Position numbers and translations under genes: made by a program | Shown: in pieces, positions 14,741 to 28,034 of the stretch | Position numbering within the stretch: position 1 is the first letter of the stretch | How the letters are laid out: each line of letters begins with the position of its first letter | Notes under the pieces: model-generated | Databases searched by the model: none | What the model saw: the letters and a program-made list of their open reading frames with translations, nothing else | Told to the model about the DNA's origin: nothing | Assembly: GCA_951406725.2 (NCBI GenBank) | Contig: OX597827.1 | Span: 47,864,001-47,928,000 of the forward strand | DNA: 64,000 nt | Origin: Octopus vulgaris | Taxonomy: Eukaryota | Reading direction: 5' to 3'

Positions 14741-16039
14741 CCATTACTCACCTGGGTGAACTTCTGAACATCATCTCATCAGGGCCTGGGAACGGATATT
14801 ATATGTTACGATCGTGAAGCCAATATCCTAAGAACTAGTCAAAATGCTTTATGTTCCTTTCCCCTATGCCAAATCTCTGCCACTATAAATCCAATATGCA
14901 GAACATTTTTCGAAATAGGTCAACCTGAATTCCGATGTGGGGTCTTTCACTACATATTTTCGCAATAACTAAGGAGAAAACGCCTTGTTTGGAATATCCT
15001 AAACCTAAAGTGAAATTATTGAATGATGGACGATTTCTATGAGGAGACCGATATGGGGAATAGGTGTTGCAAACATAAATAGCTGAATGACGCTGAGCCC
15101 AAGTGCATTTGGACTGTAATAGGAATGTTTTTATCTTCAATATCAATATGCATTTTTTTTTAAACATAACTGTGTGTGTTCGATTGTTTGCGAGGAGTGG
15201 GGAGCAGTAGACACTTGGTAAGATATCGTTAATAAGATCTGGTAATCAGATCAGCAACAGCCAATAATACAAATCAACAAACCCCGCTGTATATCTTTAT
15301 TTTTTGGCAAAAAAAAAGCGTTTTGCATATCAAATTTACTGGAATACAAGATGGCTGCAATTCTATTTGTCTAAATATATTTGAGCATCTCAATAACTTA
15401 AATAAACCTCTAATTGTCAGTTGAAGTTATTCAACAGGTGTCTCATAATTAACACATTTTAAATCGAAGAAAATATTAACTACGTTTAATAACACGGGAA
15501 ACTTCTTACAAAGATAGTTATATAATGATAAGATTATAAAATAATCTGTTAGTAAGTTCCTTCTGAATTTCTGTAAGCTTTTATTTAACAAAGTTAGGGT
15601 TCAGGTAATTATAGCAAAAGGCGGATGTTACTCATTAGCCACAAGACCGAATTTACGGATAACTTCAATAAATTATCGAGAAACTCTTAATGGGAGAGCA
15701 GCTAATCTGTGTAAAGTAATGCAACTGCATGAAATTGCAATGCATGCATGTCGACCACGTTGCTAATTAAGATCAGCTGCAGATAATGTCCAACTACAGC
15801 ATCTACAACTTGGCAGCAATCAAACGCTTCAAAGTAGAAGGTACGCATGATTTGTTCCGATTCTCCCGTAAATTCAGAGCCAAATCAAAGATTACGCCTC
15901 AATACGGAAATGCTTTTATTATAGATATTACTTCGCCACTCCATACATTAACACGAACACATGCACCCGCTGAAACACACTAAATAGAAATACCGAGACT
16001 TATTGATGTGAAGACACTCGCACATACATATATACCCAC

Positions 16040-16077
<38 letters not shown>

Positions 16078-17339
16078 ATATGATTGTGACGTATGGAGGT
16101 AGAAGTTTTCCCACATGACATCCAATCAAGAGTTTGTGAAATCTGTCAAAAGTTTGTGAAGGAGAAGGGAAAAGAAACACACTGAGAATATCTAAGCGTA
16201 TCTAACAAAAGTGGTAAGATTACAATCAAATCCCGTTTGAAATTTTGATTACTTTACAGACAATACTGAATCAAATAATGTCGTGAGTACGGAAATTTCA
16301 GGCAATCTAAGAAACTTTATTCAAATTCTAAGACACTACGCTTAACAATGTGTTTGATTCATTTAATCACTCAGTTGACTTAATTATTAAATATTTCTGT
16401 CTCCGGCAAGAGTTAAGAAGCTTTTTCAAAATTTCCACTTAAAATTGTTACTCTTAATGGACTGGAGGAATCTTGAGTAAGTTTTTAAGGGTTAGTCGAA
16501 TAAGTCCACCTACGTCCAAATGATAATTCTGCTACATGCGATGTCGTTTTCCTTTTCCGTGCCGGTAGTCGCTGCTGGGACGATTTTTGTCTCTTTCCGA
16601 GAACTCTTGAATTTTCAAACACAGAACATTCATAACAGATTCAACGATGTATTTATTTTTAAATATGATCTACAGATTGTTATTTAAGTCTAATGTTGTT
16701 CAATTGCATCAAACGGGTAGGTATTCGCAACCTCCGTGAATGTTCTATGACAAATCTACTCTAAGTCTTGGGTTAGCAGTGAATACGCACCGCTGATGAG
16801 GCTCAACGAAGCCGGAATGCATCCGACCTTCTCGCTAGTTACTCTTATGATTTCAGAACACGAATAAGAAATATGAGTAATAACGCAGTAACTTGATTTT
16901 CAAAAACTTATTTATATTAAGTGCGATGTATATATAAAGAAGTGTTATTACTATTATTAATGATAATAATAAAGTGGCCAGCAATAATGGTAATAATACT
17001 TATTTATTCAAATTTATAATGGCTCACGATTTGTTTTGAATATCGCAGGAACGTTTAAATTAAAGGACGCACATGACGTAATGTGATGAATATCTCAGAG
17101 TTAAATGTTAAAAATGTCATTTTCAACTGACGAGCTCAGAGTATGGTTTTCATAGAAAGGGCGACATCAACTGATATTGAAATATTCCACGCAAGGTAAG
17201 CCTGTTGCCCCTTTGTTCATTGAGATGCCCGTGTGTCCCTTAAAAGTGAGTTATTGGTGGTATTGGAGTGATGGCTCTGATTATAGCAAGTGACGTTTAA
17301 ATATGCTGCTGTATCTGAATTTATTATATACATACACAT

Positions 17340-17413
<74 letters not shown>

Positions 17414-17468
17414 CTAAATATAGATACAGTAGCATATACACCAACACAAATAACAACACACAACACAC

Positions 17469-17526
<58 letters not shown>

Positions 17527-17554
17527 GTATATAGGGACAGATAGAGGGATAGTA

Positions 17555-17880
17555 AGATATGAATTGTGACCCCTTCGGTCATGAATGACCATGGAATTTC
17601 ACCTAGAAAGTTACGCTCCAAGGCACAAGCTCCAAGGCACAAGTCTGGGCAAGGTTGTTTATGGAAGACCAGCAGTTGTGTCCAAGCAGAAACAGGAACA
17701 GGAAAAAAGAGTGAGAGAAAGTTGTGGTGAAAGAGTACAGCAGGGTTCGTCACCACCCCTGCCGGAGCTTCCTGGAGGTTTAGGTGTTTTTGCTCACTAA
17801 ACGCTCACAATGCCCGGTCTGGGAATCGAAACCGCGACCGCGAGTCCGCTGCCCTAACAAGTGGGATATTGCGCCTCCAC
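17555..17880 (-). mobile_element. SINE family 2 joined to another SINE tail
   Basis: Head ends ..gcgcctccac at 17880; 17555-17680 is a different repeat tail. Confidence 0.75.
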
Positions 17881-17888
17881 AAGACAGG

Positions 17889-17942
<54 letters not shown>

Positions 17943-18233
17943 TTCATACACTCTCTCTCTCTCTCTCACTCACACACACACACACATATATATATATAAG
18001 GGTACATAATTATATAGAATACAATTATAATGAAAGGCGCAGACGTAACAATGTATGCTGTAAATAGACGCCAAATACGTCTAGCCACTCAAAATCTTTA
18101 CAATATATACAGGTTGAAATCTGGAAAATTGGACTGACCAAAGATTCGCAAAAGAATTCAGATAGTTTTAGATTGACCAATTAATAACTTACAGTCATCT
18201 GCAAAAGTATTATATATATATATATATATATAT

Positions 18234-19046
18234 TTGCTGAAGAGCAAAGGCTACAAGAGGACAGCGGCTCAGATGGAGCGAAAGAGACGGGAATTCGTGC
18301 GCTCATATGCGCTTATACGGTCGCACATTGGCGCACTTGATGCCATCTTTGAGAACGAGCGGGGCAAAGATGGCAAGAATGGAGACGATGAAAGAAATCA
18401 CCCCCACCTGGTGGACGCCCGGGAGGAGGTTTCGAATGAGAAACCTGCCCGGGAAGTGAACCCAGGTGCAAGTTCTCCAACCGGCAGCAAGGGCCATGGA
18501 GACGGAGAACCCGGTGAAAAGGTAGAGGGAGGAGGAAGAACTAAAAGAAGGGCTGGAAGAGCTAAAGGAAAAGCTCAAGCAGGACCAAAGGGTGAAAAAA
18601 CCAGGAATAGAAGTGGAACCGCAAAAGATGGAAACAAACAGCGCACACGGGTGTGTAGGTTCTACCTGAGAGGTTCCTGCTGGCATGGAAAGGAAGGTGC
18701 AGGCTGCCACTTTGCGCATCGGGGACCCTGCCACAGAGACACGAGGCAGATGGACAAACCATCAACACAAGGAAAAGGGATGGACCACGCACCACTTGCC
18801 CCAAAGCGGAGGTACGCAGATGTTGTGCGTGCCACAAACCACCAACATGATGTTGTCGAAAGGGCAGCTGCTGAGCAACAATCTTTTTTGTGCATGGCAC
18901 AAAAGATTGTACAGCAGCTGACCTGGCATCATCAAACCCAAGCCCGCAGGTGGGACTACCCACTATATACCAGACCACCACAGCAAACAGACCCAGGATG
19001 GACACCACCGGCAACAACGTACACCTCACCTCGATGCTCCTACTGA
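18234..19046 (+). CDS. LINE ORF1 (5'-truncated) with CCCH-type zinc finger
   Basis: 270-aa ORF with CRFYLRGSCWHGKEGAGCHFAH (C-x7-C-x8-C-x3-H); overlaps the start of ORF2. Confidence 0.7.
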   Translation: MLKSKGYKRTAAQMERKRREFVRSYALIRSHIGALDAIFENERGKDGKNGDDERNHPHLVDAREEVSNEKPAREVNPGASSPTGSKGHGDGEPGEKVEGGGRTKRRAGRAKGKAQAGPKGEKTRNRSGTAKDGNKQRTRVCRFYLRGSCWHGKEGAGCHFAHRGPCHRDTRQMDKPSTQGKGMDHAPLAPKRRYADVVRATNHQHDVVERAAAEQQSFLCMAQKIVQQLTWHHQTQARRWDYPLYTRPPQQTDPGWTPPATTYTSPRCSY

Positions 19047-21995
19047 ACATCAGAGGACTGCAAACACTCAGTAACAGGACAAAAATCCCGTTCCTGAGAG
19101 ATTTTGTTGCATGCAATCAAGCCTTATGCATAGCACTAACGGAAACGCACCTGAAACCGGATATAGCAGATGCGGAGTTACACATACCACAGTATGCTGT
19201 ACTACGGACCGACAGGAAAGAAAGGAGTCATGGAGGTGTTGCTATGTACATCCGTGAGGACCTCACACCCCAGGTCCTCTTGTCATACTCAAACTCGGTG
19301 TGTGACACACTAATTGTACATATTAGGCAACTTGATGTAGTTGTGTGTGCTACATATCGCCCTCCAGATGCCCCAAGCCATGTGGGCAAGTTTGAAGACT
19401 GCCTTATAAAAATAGAAGAAGTTCTAACCACATTAGAACAACACATAAGTGTACTTCTTATGGGAGACTTTACTCTGCCCAATGTCAGATGGCCCGAGGG
19501 CCTTTCTCTCCCAGGAATGACAAGATGTGAACGAGGACAGGTGAGGTCCCTCCTGAACCTCATCAACACCCTGTACATGGAGCAGGTAATACTCCAACCA
19601 ACCAGGGCAGGTAACACACTGGATCTCTGCTTCACAAATGACATGGATCTCATCCATAATGTGAAAGTGACACCGACACTACTCTCGGATCACAACATGA
19701 TAGAGCTGACCATGTACGGGCCAAAAGAGAGCACGGACATGCAGCCTACAAGAAACCCTCAGAATCTTTCCAGCTTGAACTACCATAAGGCAAACTGGAA
19801 ACAAATTGAGAAAGAGATCCTCAAACAAAACTGGCCTAAATGTCTCTCCTCGCCAGACATCGACGTGAAACTTCAACAATTGATGTCTGTAATGCAAGCC
19901 ATATGCTACAAATGTGTCCCAGAGAGAAAGGCCACTGTACACAAGAACAAAATCCCCAGAGAGAGGAAAATTTTAATGAGACGGCGTACAAAATTTTCAA
20001 ATCGCCTAAACAAACAGATTGAAAGCAGTGAAAAGTCCCGCCTAAAAATAAAACTGTTGGAAATCGAAAAATGTCTGCAACTCTCCCATGAAAAGGAAAG
20101 AGCAGACAAAGAAGCCTGGGCTATAGACAACATAAAATCTAACCCCAGAGCTTTCTACAGGTATGCCAAAGAAACAGCTACGGTGCACTGTAGAATAGGG
20201 CCACTCCTCGAAAAGGATGGCACACTTACAGGAAAACCAATGAGGGTAAGTGAAATACTGAATGAGCAATTCAAGAGTGTTTTCACTCCACCCCTTGGGC
20301 ATCTCCAAATCACCAATCCAACTGACTTTTTTTTACCACTGCAGATATAAAATCAGAGGCGGCGACGATAGATTACATCGATATAAAGGAAGACGATGTA
20401 ATCAAGGCTATAGATGAAATGAAAACAGACTCAGCTACTGGCCCCGATGGATTCCCGGCAATCCTCCTAAAAGCATGTAAGAGAGTCCTAGCAAGACCAC
20501 TGCAGTTCCTCTTTCAGAGCTTCCTTGCAGCTGGCAAACTCCCAAGAAAACTGAAGGAAGGTAAAATATGCCCCATTCATAAAGGAGGTAGCAGAGCGGA
20601 AGCCAAGCACTATAGACCTATCTCTCTGACCTCACACATCAGCAAGGTCATGGAACGAATAGTCAGAAGGAAGCTGATCACCTTCCTTGGAGAGAATGAC
20701 TTGCTGCCCGACACCCAACATGGTTTCCGACCAGGGAGAAGCTGTTTAACTCAGCTCCTACAACACTATGACTGGGTGCTGAAACGGCTGCTCAACCACT
20801 CAAATGTGGAAGTGATATATCTCGACTTTGCAAAGGCCTTTGATAAAGTCGATCATGGAATGATATGTCACAAACTGCGTGATCTCAACATAGTTGGAAA
20901 ACTGGGAGAATGGCTTCATGACTTTCTGAAAGATAGAAGTCAGGTGGTAGTGGCCAATGGGGCCACTTCCATTAACACGCAAATAGTGAGCGGTGTTCCG
21001 CAGGGCACTGTTCTGGGACCACTACTGTTCATAATGGCCCTCTCAGTCATGCCCTCAGCCACGCAGAGAGCCACGATCACAAGTTATGCAGATGATACAA
21101 AAGTTTCACAGGCAATACAGAACCCTGAGGACACTAAACACCTGCAATGTGAGCTAGACAAAATATACAAGTGGGCCGAAAAGAATAGCATGCAGTTCAA
21201 CGCTGAAAAGTTTCAAGCTCTATACTATCAGCATGCAAAACTAAATGCAATACCCAATGAATACACTGGACCCGGAGGAATAGCAATCCCAGAGGCACAA
21301 TCAGTGCGTGACCTAGGTATTTACATGAGTGATGACGCGACCTTTCGTGTACATGTTGCTAAATTGGCAATGAAATGTAGACGACTGGCCGGATGGATCC
21401 TCAGAACCTTTAGAACAAGAGAACAAGAAACCATGATGGTCCTCTGGAGGACACTTGTCCTAAGCCACTTTGACTACTGCTCTCAGTTATGGTCACCATC
21501 CAGTGTCAAGTTGATCACAGAGCTCGAGGCGATCCAACGTAGCTACACGAAGAAGATAGCCTCTATGCAGAATGTAAGCTACTGGGAAAGACTCAAGAGA
21601 TTAAAACTATATTCCCTGGAGCGTAGGCGGGAAAGATATGCCATAATATACATCTGGAAGATCCTGGAGGGACGTGTCCTGAACTTTGGCATCGAGAGTT
21701 ACGCAAATGCCAGAACTGGGCGCCACTGCGTGGTGCCTAGGACTCAAACTTGCCATCAAGATGTAGGACAAGATTCTGTGATAGCCTGGGCTTCCGAGGC
21801 CCACAGCTCTTCAATATCCTCCCGAAGAACCTGAGAGACCTGCATGGGGTGGATGCAGATGTCTTTAAAATGAAGCTGGATCTCTTCCTGTCAGGTGTCC
21901 CAGATGAACCAACTTCACGGCAGGAGGGGCAGATGAGGGCAGCTGCATCGAACTCTCTCATGCACCAAATGGCAGTTGCTAGAAAGCTTTCGTGA
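18890..21995 (+). pseudogene. LINE ORF2 (APE endonuclease + reverse transcriptase), two frameshifts
   Basis: APE motifs LNIRGL, LTETHL, YRPP, GDF, TLDL, SDHN; RT motifs GPDG, YRPISL, QHGF, LDFAKAFDKV, GVPQGTVLGP, YADD, DLG. Frameshifts at the T8 run 20327-20334 and near 21745. Confidence 0.92.
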
Positions 21996-22109
21996 AGTGA
22001 AACCAAGTAGCAACACCAAATGGCGGTGCCCCAGCATGGCCACAGCTCATAAGCTGAAACTAGAATCAATCAATCAATCAATCAATCATATATGTATATA
22101 TATACATAC

Positions 22110-22141
<32 letters not shown>

Positions 22142-22168
22142 GTGTGTATATATATATATATACATACA

Positions 22169-22230
<62 letters not shown>

Positions 22231-22463
22231 CATATTTGGTTTGCAAGATTCTTTATGTGAGTTCGTGTGTTGAAGTATTTCCTGTTGTGTCTGGGGAAAG
22301 TCATTCTCTTTTTGTGCCTTATGATTTAACATACTCACTGCTAAAATCCACACATTTACTTGTATATTTTTCTAAAACTTTCGTTGCGTCTTGCAAACTT
22401 TTCAATAGTTGTTGACTCTGTCCGTTATCCAAGCTGCCTTCTCTTTCTTTGTTTGTGTATTTT

Positions 22464-22507
<44 letters not shown>

Positions 22508-22548
22508 GAAACATATATATGAATACTGATGAATATAATTTGTATGTA

Positions 22549-22595
<47 letters not shown>

Positions 22596-23331
22596 TTGTG
22601 TGCATGTATATGTGTACTTTTGTGTTAACAACTGGTTTCTACAACGTTTCCATCTAATGTTTTCAAAGAAGTGGTCGGCCGGGACGATCGATTAGAAGGC
22701 ACTTCTCCAAAATACCACACTGTGGGCTGAAGTGTAAACCATGTGATTGCAAAGCGAACCCATTAACTACAGAGCCATTCTTCCCCAAATCCTATACCTA
22801 TAAAAATAAAAAAAAAGACTGACAAATATGCGTTCTTTGTTTTCCACAAATTGAAATATATAAGTGTATTGGACAATTGCGTTAAGACTTTCAAACATCC
22901 AGATTGATATTTCTTTAGTCAACTTCAGAAACAAAGACTGAATCGGACAGTCAATAGTTTCTTCTACTGACAACAAAATCAAATTAAGATGAAAATGATT
23001 GTACACTTTGTAGAATAACAGAGTTTGTTGATCGAATAAAGGATGAAATACATAATCATATATATTCGCTTAATGGAATAGTGATAAACTCGGACAGATT
23101 ATTTGGTTATTGGTTGTATGTAAAAATGTCGTTTGAAAGGATATCATACAGTCTACGACATTTAATAAGTTGTTGGATTTTCCTCCGAAATATGTGTAAG
23201 ATATTTATTTATCATCGAAAGTTGTTGAATTAGGAATATCACACAAAGATGTCCCCTCACTGCCTATGTCTCTCCCTCTCTTCTCTCTCTGTATATTTGT
23301 ATATTTGAATACACACACACACACCACACAC

Positions 23332-23378
<47 letters not shown>

Positions 23379-23394
23379 TATATATATATATTCT

Positions 23395-23667
23395 TGTACT
23401 TGTTTCAGTTATTTGACAGCAGCCATACAGGAGCACCACCTTTAATCGAACAAGTCGACCCTAGGACTTATTGTTTATAAGCCTAGTACTCAATCTATCG
23501 GTCCAGTTTGCCGAACCGCTAAGTTACAGGGGCATAAGCACACGAACATCGGTTGTCAAGCGATGGTGGAGGGAACAAACGCACACACACAAACGCACAC
23601 ACACAAACACACACACACACATACATATATACACGACTGGCTTCTTTCAGATTCCGTCTACCAAATT
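23395..23667 (-). mobile_element. SINE family 3, partial
   Basis: Reverse complement of the family 3 body and tail. Confidence 0.75.
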
Positions 23668-23899
23668 TTGATCGTTATTTAAAATAACGATCTTATCCTT
23701 ATTTATATGGAAATTTATATATATTCACTTTGTCCTTATATTCACTACGGTGGTATTTTGACCTGTCAGCACATGTTGTCTGGATGGATAACTGAACTGG
23801 TCATTGTATATGCGTGCATATGTATGTATATATGCACGTGCATATACGTATATATTCGTATGTTTGTGTGTATATATATATATATATATATATACACAC

Positions 23900-24470
23900 A
23901 AGCTATTTTGGCACCCTCCGTTTCTTACCCCTTCTTCCTCCCATCCTCTTTAATTCCTTCTTTCTCTCTCTCTCTCTCTCTTGGTCATTGCTTCTGTCCT
24001 CTGCCTTCCACCCTCTTTAATTCCCTCTCTCTCTCTTACCCTCTTGCAACCTGCTGCTTCACAAGCCATTCCGTTGGCGATCGCGGCTCGCTCAACATGT
24101 GTCCCCTTTGCCGAAAAGGTAATTGTTTCCACGCCTGCTGATAAGTTGTTTTGTCTCATTTGTCTAAAGTCGTAAGACACCCGTTGTTATCCTGTTTCTA
24201 ACCATTACTGTTTTCAATTTTGTTTTCGTTTCTTGTGTTTATATTCGTCTCTGTTGCGTTTACATTCTTTCCTTCTGCCAAGAAATCTAATGCTCACAGC
24301 TTAGTCTTTTCCTTGGGGCTGGCCGAGTTGGAGCAAATATCAGAATTAATCAGCCGAAATTTGCCATGATGATTCGGTTTCTGACTGAAGATTGAAGGCT
24401 TCGAATGACTTGTCTGTTTTCCGTGTTCGTCCCTTCGTGTATTTCACGTTCTTTATATATACATTTTTAT
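23900..24470. repeat. Unclassified interspersed repeat (retroelement terminal-like)
   Basis: CT-rich start, GC-richer body, bounded by (TA)n; no coding similarity recognised. Confidence 0.35.
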
Positions 24471-24471
24471 T

Positions 24472-24556
<85 letters not shown>

Positions 24557-24558
24557 GT

Positions 24559-24595
<37 letters not shown>

Positions 24596-25417
24596 TAATG
24601 TTGTACGTTTCTTGATATTTATCATTGTCAAGGGTAAAGTACTTTTTTATAGAGAGCAAGAAACCCAGGTTCTGGAATTAACCAATTTTTATTGGTTTTA
24701 TTTATTTGTTTGTCTTATCACCTTGTGCTGTATTGAACACCTGATGTGGCTTTAGAGTCAGGTTTTGACTGCTATTTCAAGCATGATGGTATCTCTAAAA
24801 TACTCTTATATATAGATATATATATATATATATATGGTTGTGTGTGTGTGTGTGTGTGTGTGAGTGTGTGTGTATTGCATGTATTATATATAATATTATA
24901 TTATATCTATATAAAGTGAAGAATTGCCTATGTACAAAAGAAAAATTCACATATTTTATGAGCGAAGTTCCAAATCTTTATGACGTTCAGTACACGAATT
25001 TTAGCAAAGGCATATATGCTATTGCATAAATTTAATAATTGGCTATTAGGAATGTTAAGAGTCATATACAAGAATGTATATAAAAATAAATAGTCAGTAT
25101 CACTGGTATTCGTGTATTTCTTTAAGTAATTAGTGTTCATAACCCATTCTTAAATTTGAATTATATTACCGTTTTTGTAATATGGTATAAAATTTAAGTT
25201 TATATGGTATGGAGTAAGACTATGCAGGAGTGCTTTTAATATGCGTATGTGAGTGTGTGTATGTATGCGTGTGTGTATTTGTGTGTGTATATCTGTGAGA
25301 GAGTGTGTGTATATGTACGTTCGCGTACTTGGTGTGGGGGCGTTTGGTTTTCTGTGGAATGTGCCATAGTGAAATTCATACTGAACAAGTATTTCTGCTG
25401 ATAGAACATTTCTCTCA

Positions 25418-25801
25418 TCTCTCTCTATATAAACGGCAGTTTGTCTGTGCGTGTTTCTGTGTGTCTGTTTGCTTGTACCCTCACCCTGACCACGGCTTTC
25501 AACCGATTCTGATGAAACTTGACACACACATAGCCCAATGTCATAATTCAAAAGTAACGCAGCGAAAATTTTGAAAAGTTCCCCCAGTTCTGAAAAAAAT
25601 CGATAAATTCGACATGGGGTCGAGAATCAGGAACACAAACCACAAACTTTGTAGGTGACGCAACTCCACCTTTTTTAACTATCAAAAAAAATTTACCATA
25701 ATTGTTTCCGTTTTTTTTGCTATTTTTTGGCTATAACTCTCTAAAAATGCTTTATAGTTATTTCCCTTACAAACCTGAGCAACGCCGGGCGATACTGCTA
25801 G
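25418..25801 (+). mobile_element. Non-autonomous Helitron
   Basis: A|TCTCTCTCTATATAAA ... cctgagcaacgccggg hairpin, CTAG|T; the 3' ~100 bp are shared with 10713-11107. Confidence 0.8.
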
Positions 25802-26249
25802 TTGCAAATAAAACTGAAGACTACATAGAATTAATAATTTCAAACATGTTTTTCGGTTTTGTCACTGAAGAGAAGAATGGGTCAAGTAACATTCATATCA
25901 CTGATGTAATTAAGTCTGTCGCGGTTGACATTGCCTTTCGTCCTTTCGGGGTAGATAAAATAAGTTCCCCTGCAGCAATGGGGTCGTTGTAATCGAGTCG
26001 CCTCCTCCCCCAAAATTTCAACCCTTTTTTTTTCTTTTCCCTTTTACTTGTTTCAGTTATTTTTTATAGGTATAGGATTTGGAGAAGAATGGCTCTGTAG
26101 TTAATGGTTTAACATAGTCTTGCAATCACATGGTTTACGCTTCAGCTCACCGTGTGGTATTTTGGAGAAGTGCCTTCTACTCGATCGTTTGGGCCGACCA
26201 CTACTTTGAAAGCATTACACGGAAACGTTGTAGAAACCAATTGTTTACT

Positions 26250-26329
26250 CATAAGTTACGGAGACGTGAATACACCAACATCGGTTGTCAAGCGATGGTG
26301 GAGAGGGACAAACACAGACACAAACACAA

Positions 26330-26368
<39 letters not shown>

Positions 26369-26531
26369 CCACGGGCTTCTTTCAGTTTCCGTCTACCAAA
26401 TCCACTCACAAGGCTTTGGTCGGCCCAAGGCTACAGTAGAAGACACTTGCTCAAGGTGCCACGCAGTGGGACTGAACCCGCGGCCATGTAGTTGGTAAGC
26501 AAACTACTTACCACACAGCCACTCCTGCGCC
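26250..26531 (-). mobile_element. SINE family 3
   Basis: Ends ..ccacacagccactcctgcgcc. Confidence 0.85.
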
Positions 26532-27503
26532 AATGGTAGAAATGAATACAACTAATATGATTAAATTTCAAACGCCATTTATGACATCATCACACACTCT
26601 TCTTTATGTTGATATTCCAAAGAAGAAACTTGTGATGGAAATACGGTTTTCGAAGTTGCTATTTCATTTCCCAGATTTCGATTTATGAGTTGCTCGATTA
26701 CATGGGACTCACATCGTAGCTTGGTAATTTAGAAGTTTTGATTTGTCTAAATTATCTAAAGCGTATAGCTTTGATATTTCGGAGTTTCCGTTTTGCAGAT
26801 AGGCATCCTGAAAACATTTCATAAATTTTATAATGATCTGTATGACCTACATCAAGTAATATCACCCATATTAGTCATACCGCTAACCTTCTGCAGTTTG
26901 AATATTATTGTTTATTAATTGAAATAATAAAAAGGAATAAAAAATTCTTGCCAATCAAGGAGCCGGTTTCCGTGGCACATACATATCCGCCCACCCATCC
27001 ATCCTCTACAAAACGCCGGTCCGTCGTAGGACTACACTTTTTTGAGAGCTGAATGAACTGCAGCAACGTAAAATGTAGTCTCTTAATCAAGAACACATGT
27101 TGCCCGGTCTAGAAGTCAAAACCACAATCTTACCATCATGAGTGCAACACCCAAATCAGTAACTTATGAGCATCCACAATATTGTTTTCTATTACATTAA
27201 GGGACTCTGTTCTGAAACAGATTTAATAAGACCGTGCCAGTGTTAACTTTTACACTAAGACTCAAGGGCACATTAAATGATATACCCTGGTGACTGTTTT
27301 TGTCTCCATATGATAGAGATGTTTCTAGGTTAAACATTCAACGAAATATAATTACTCCAGTGCTTTGTTTTAGTAGCTTGTAGCTTCTTTTTTTTCCAAC
27401 GTCTAATTTGTAAATGAGATACTGTGGCTGCAATGATACTTTTTAAGCTTTATGGAGAAGCGTGGAATTTCTGTCATTCTAAATAATACCTTCATGTTAT
27501 TTG

Positions 27504-28034
27504 TAAGGCGGCGAGCTGGCAGAAACGTTAGCACGCCGGGCGAAATGCTTAGCAGTATTTCGTCTGCTGTTACGTTCTGAGTTCAAATTCCGCTGATGTC
27601 GACTTTGCCTTACATCCTTTCGGGGCCGATAAATTAAGTACCAGTTACGCGCTGGGGTCGATGTAATCAACTTAATCCCTTTAACTATCCTTGTTTGTCC
27701 TATCTATGTTTAGCCCCTTGTCGGTAATAAAGAAATAGGTATTTCTTCTGCCGCTACGATATAATCGTCTTAATCTGTCTGTCCTTGTTTGTCCCCTCTG
27801 TATGTAGCCCCTTGTGGGCAGTAAAGAAATAAGAAACGTTAGCACGTCGGGTGAAATATTTAGCGGTATTTCGTTGGCCGTTCCGTTCTTAGTTCAAATT
27901 CCACCGAGGTCGACTTTGCCTTTCATCCTTTCGGGGTCGATTAAATAAGTACCAGTTACACACTGGGACTTAATCCGTTTGTCTACCCTTTTTGTCCCCC
28001 CTGTGTTTAACTCCTTGTGGGCAATAAAGAAATA
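27504..28034 (+). mobile_element. SINE family 1 multimer with 19-bp TSD
   Basis: TSD aataccttcatgttatttg (27485-27503) / aatatcttcatgtcatttg (28035-28053). Confidence 0.88.

Larger units (their letters stand above)
18234..22087 (+). mobile_element. Near full-length non-LTR retrotransposon (CR1/L2-group LINE), inserted in a (TA)n tract
   Basis: ORF1, APE endonuclease, RT, short 3' UTR and (TCAA)n tail at ~22066-22087. GC-richer than flanks; (TA)n on both sides. Confidence 0.93.
14880..26900 (-). pseudogene. Copy C: decayed FN3-TM-KHD-cyclase receptor guanylyl cyclase-like paralogue, with a LINE in an intron
   Basis: FN3 pieces: ~26760 YALDNLDKSK; 25864 VTKPKNMF..[Helitron]..ILVQYEFHY; 23006-22810 WMFESLNAIVQYTYIF; ~17315 [11 protein letters not shown] ~17000-16905: VLLPLLLATLLLSLIIVITLLYIYIAL. 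KHD: ~16320 IKFLRLPEI and ~15870 LRENRNKSCVPSTLKRLI. Hinge ~15686: EFLDNLL..MSNIRLLL (NPR1 NILDNLL..ANNLEELV). Cyclase ~15275-14980: DLY-LAVADL, IPITVQMHLG, acceptor ctcctcatag then IVHHSIISL, DIPNKA (NPR1 DAYMVVSGL, LRLRIGIHTG, PVCAGVVGL, DTVNTA). Confidence 0.7.

Noticed and set aside
16791-16825. Hammerhead-like ctgatga-ggct..agcc-ggaa-tgca-tc
   Set aside because: A13 is mutated, helix I has only 2 bp, and it is not in a recognisable repeat; probably chance.
27504-28034. CRISPR-like repeat array
   Set aside because: Eukaryotic SINE multimers, with no repeat-spacer structure and no cas genes.
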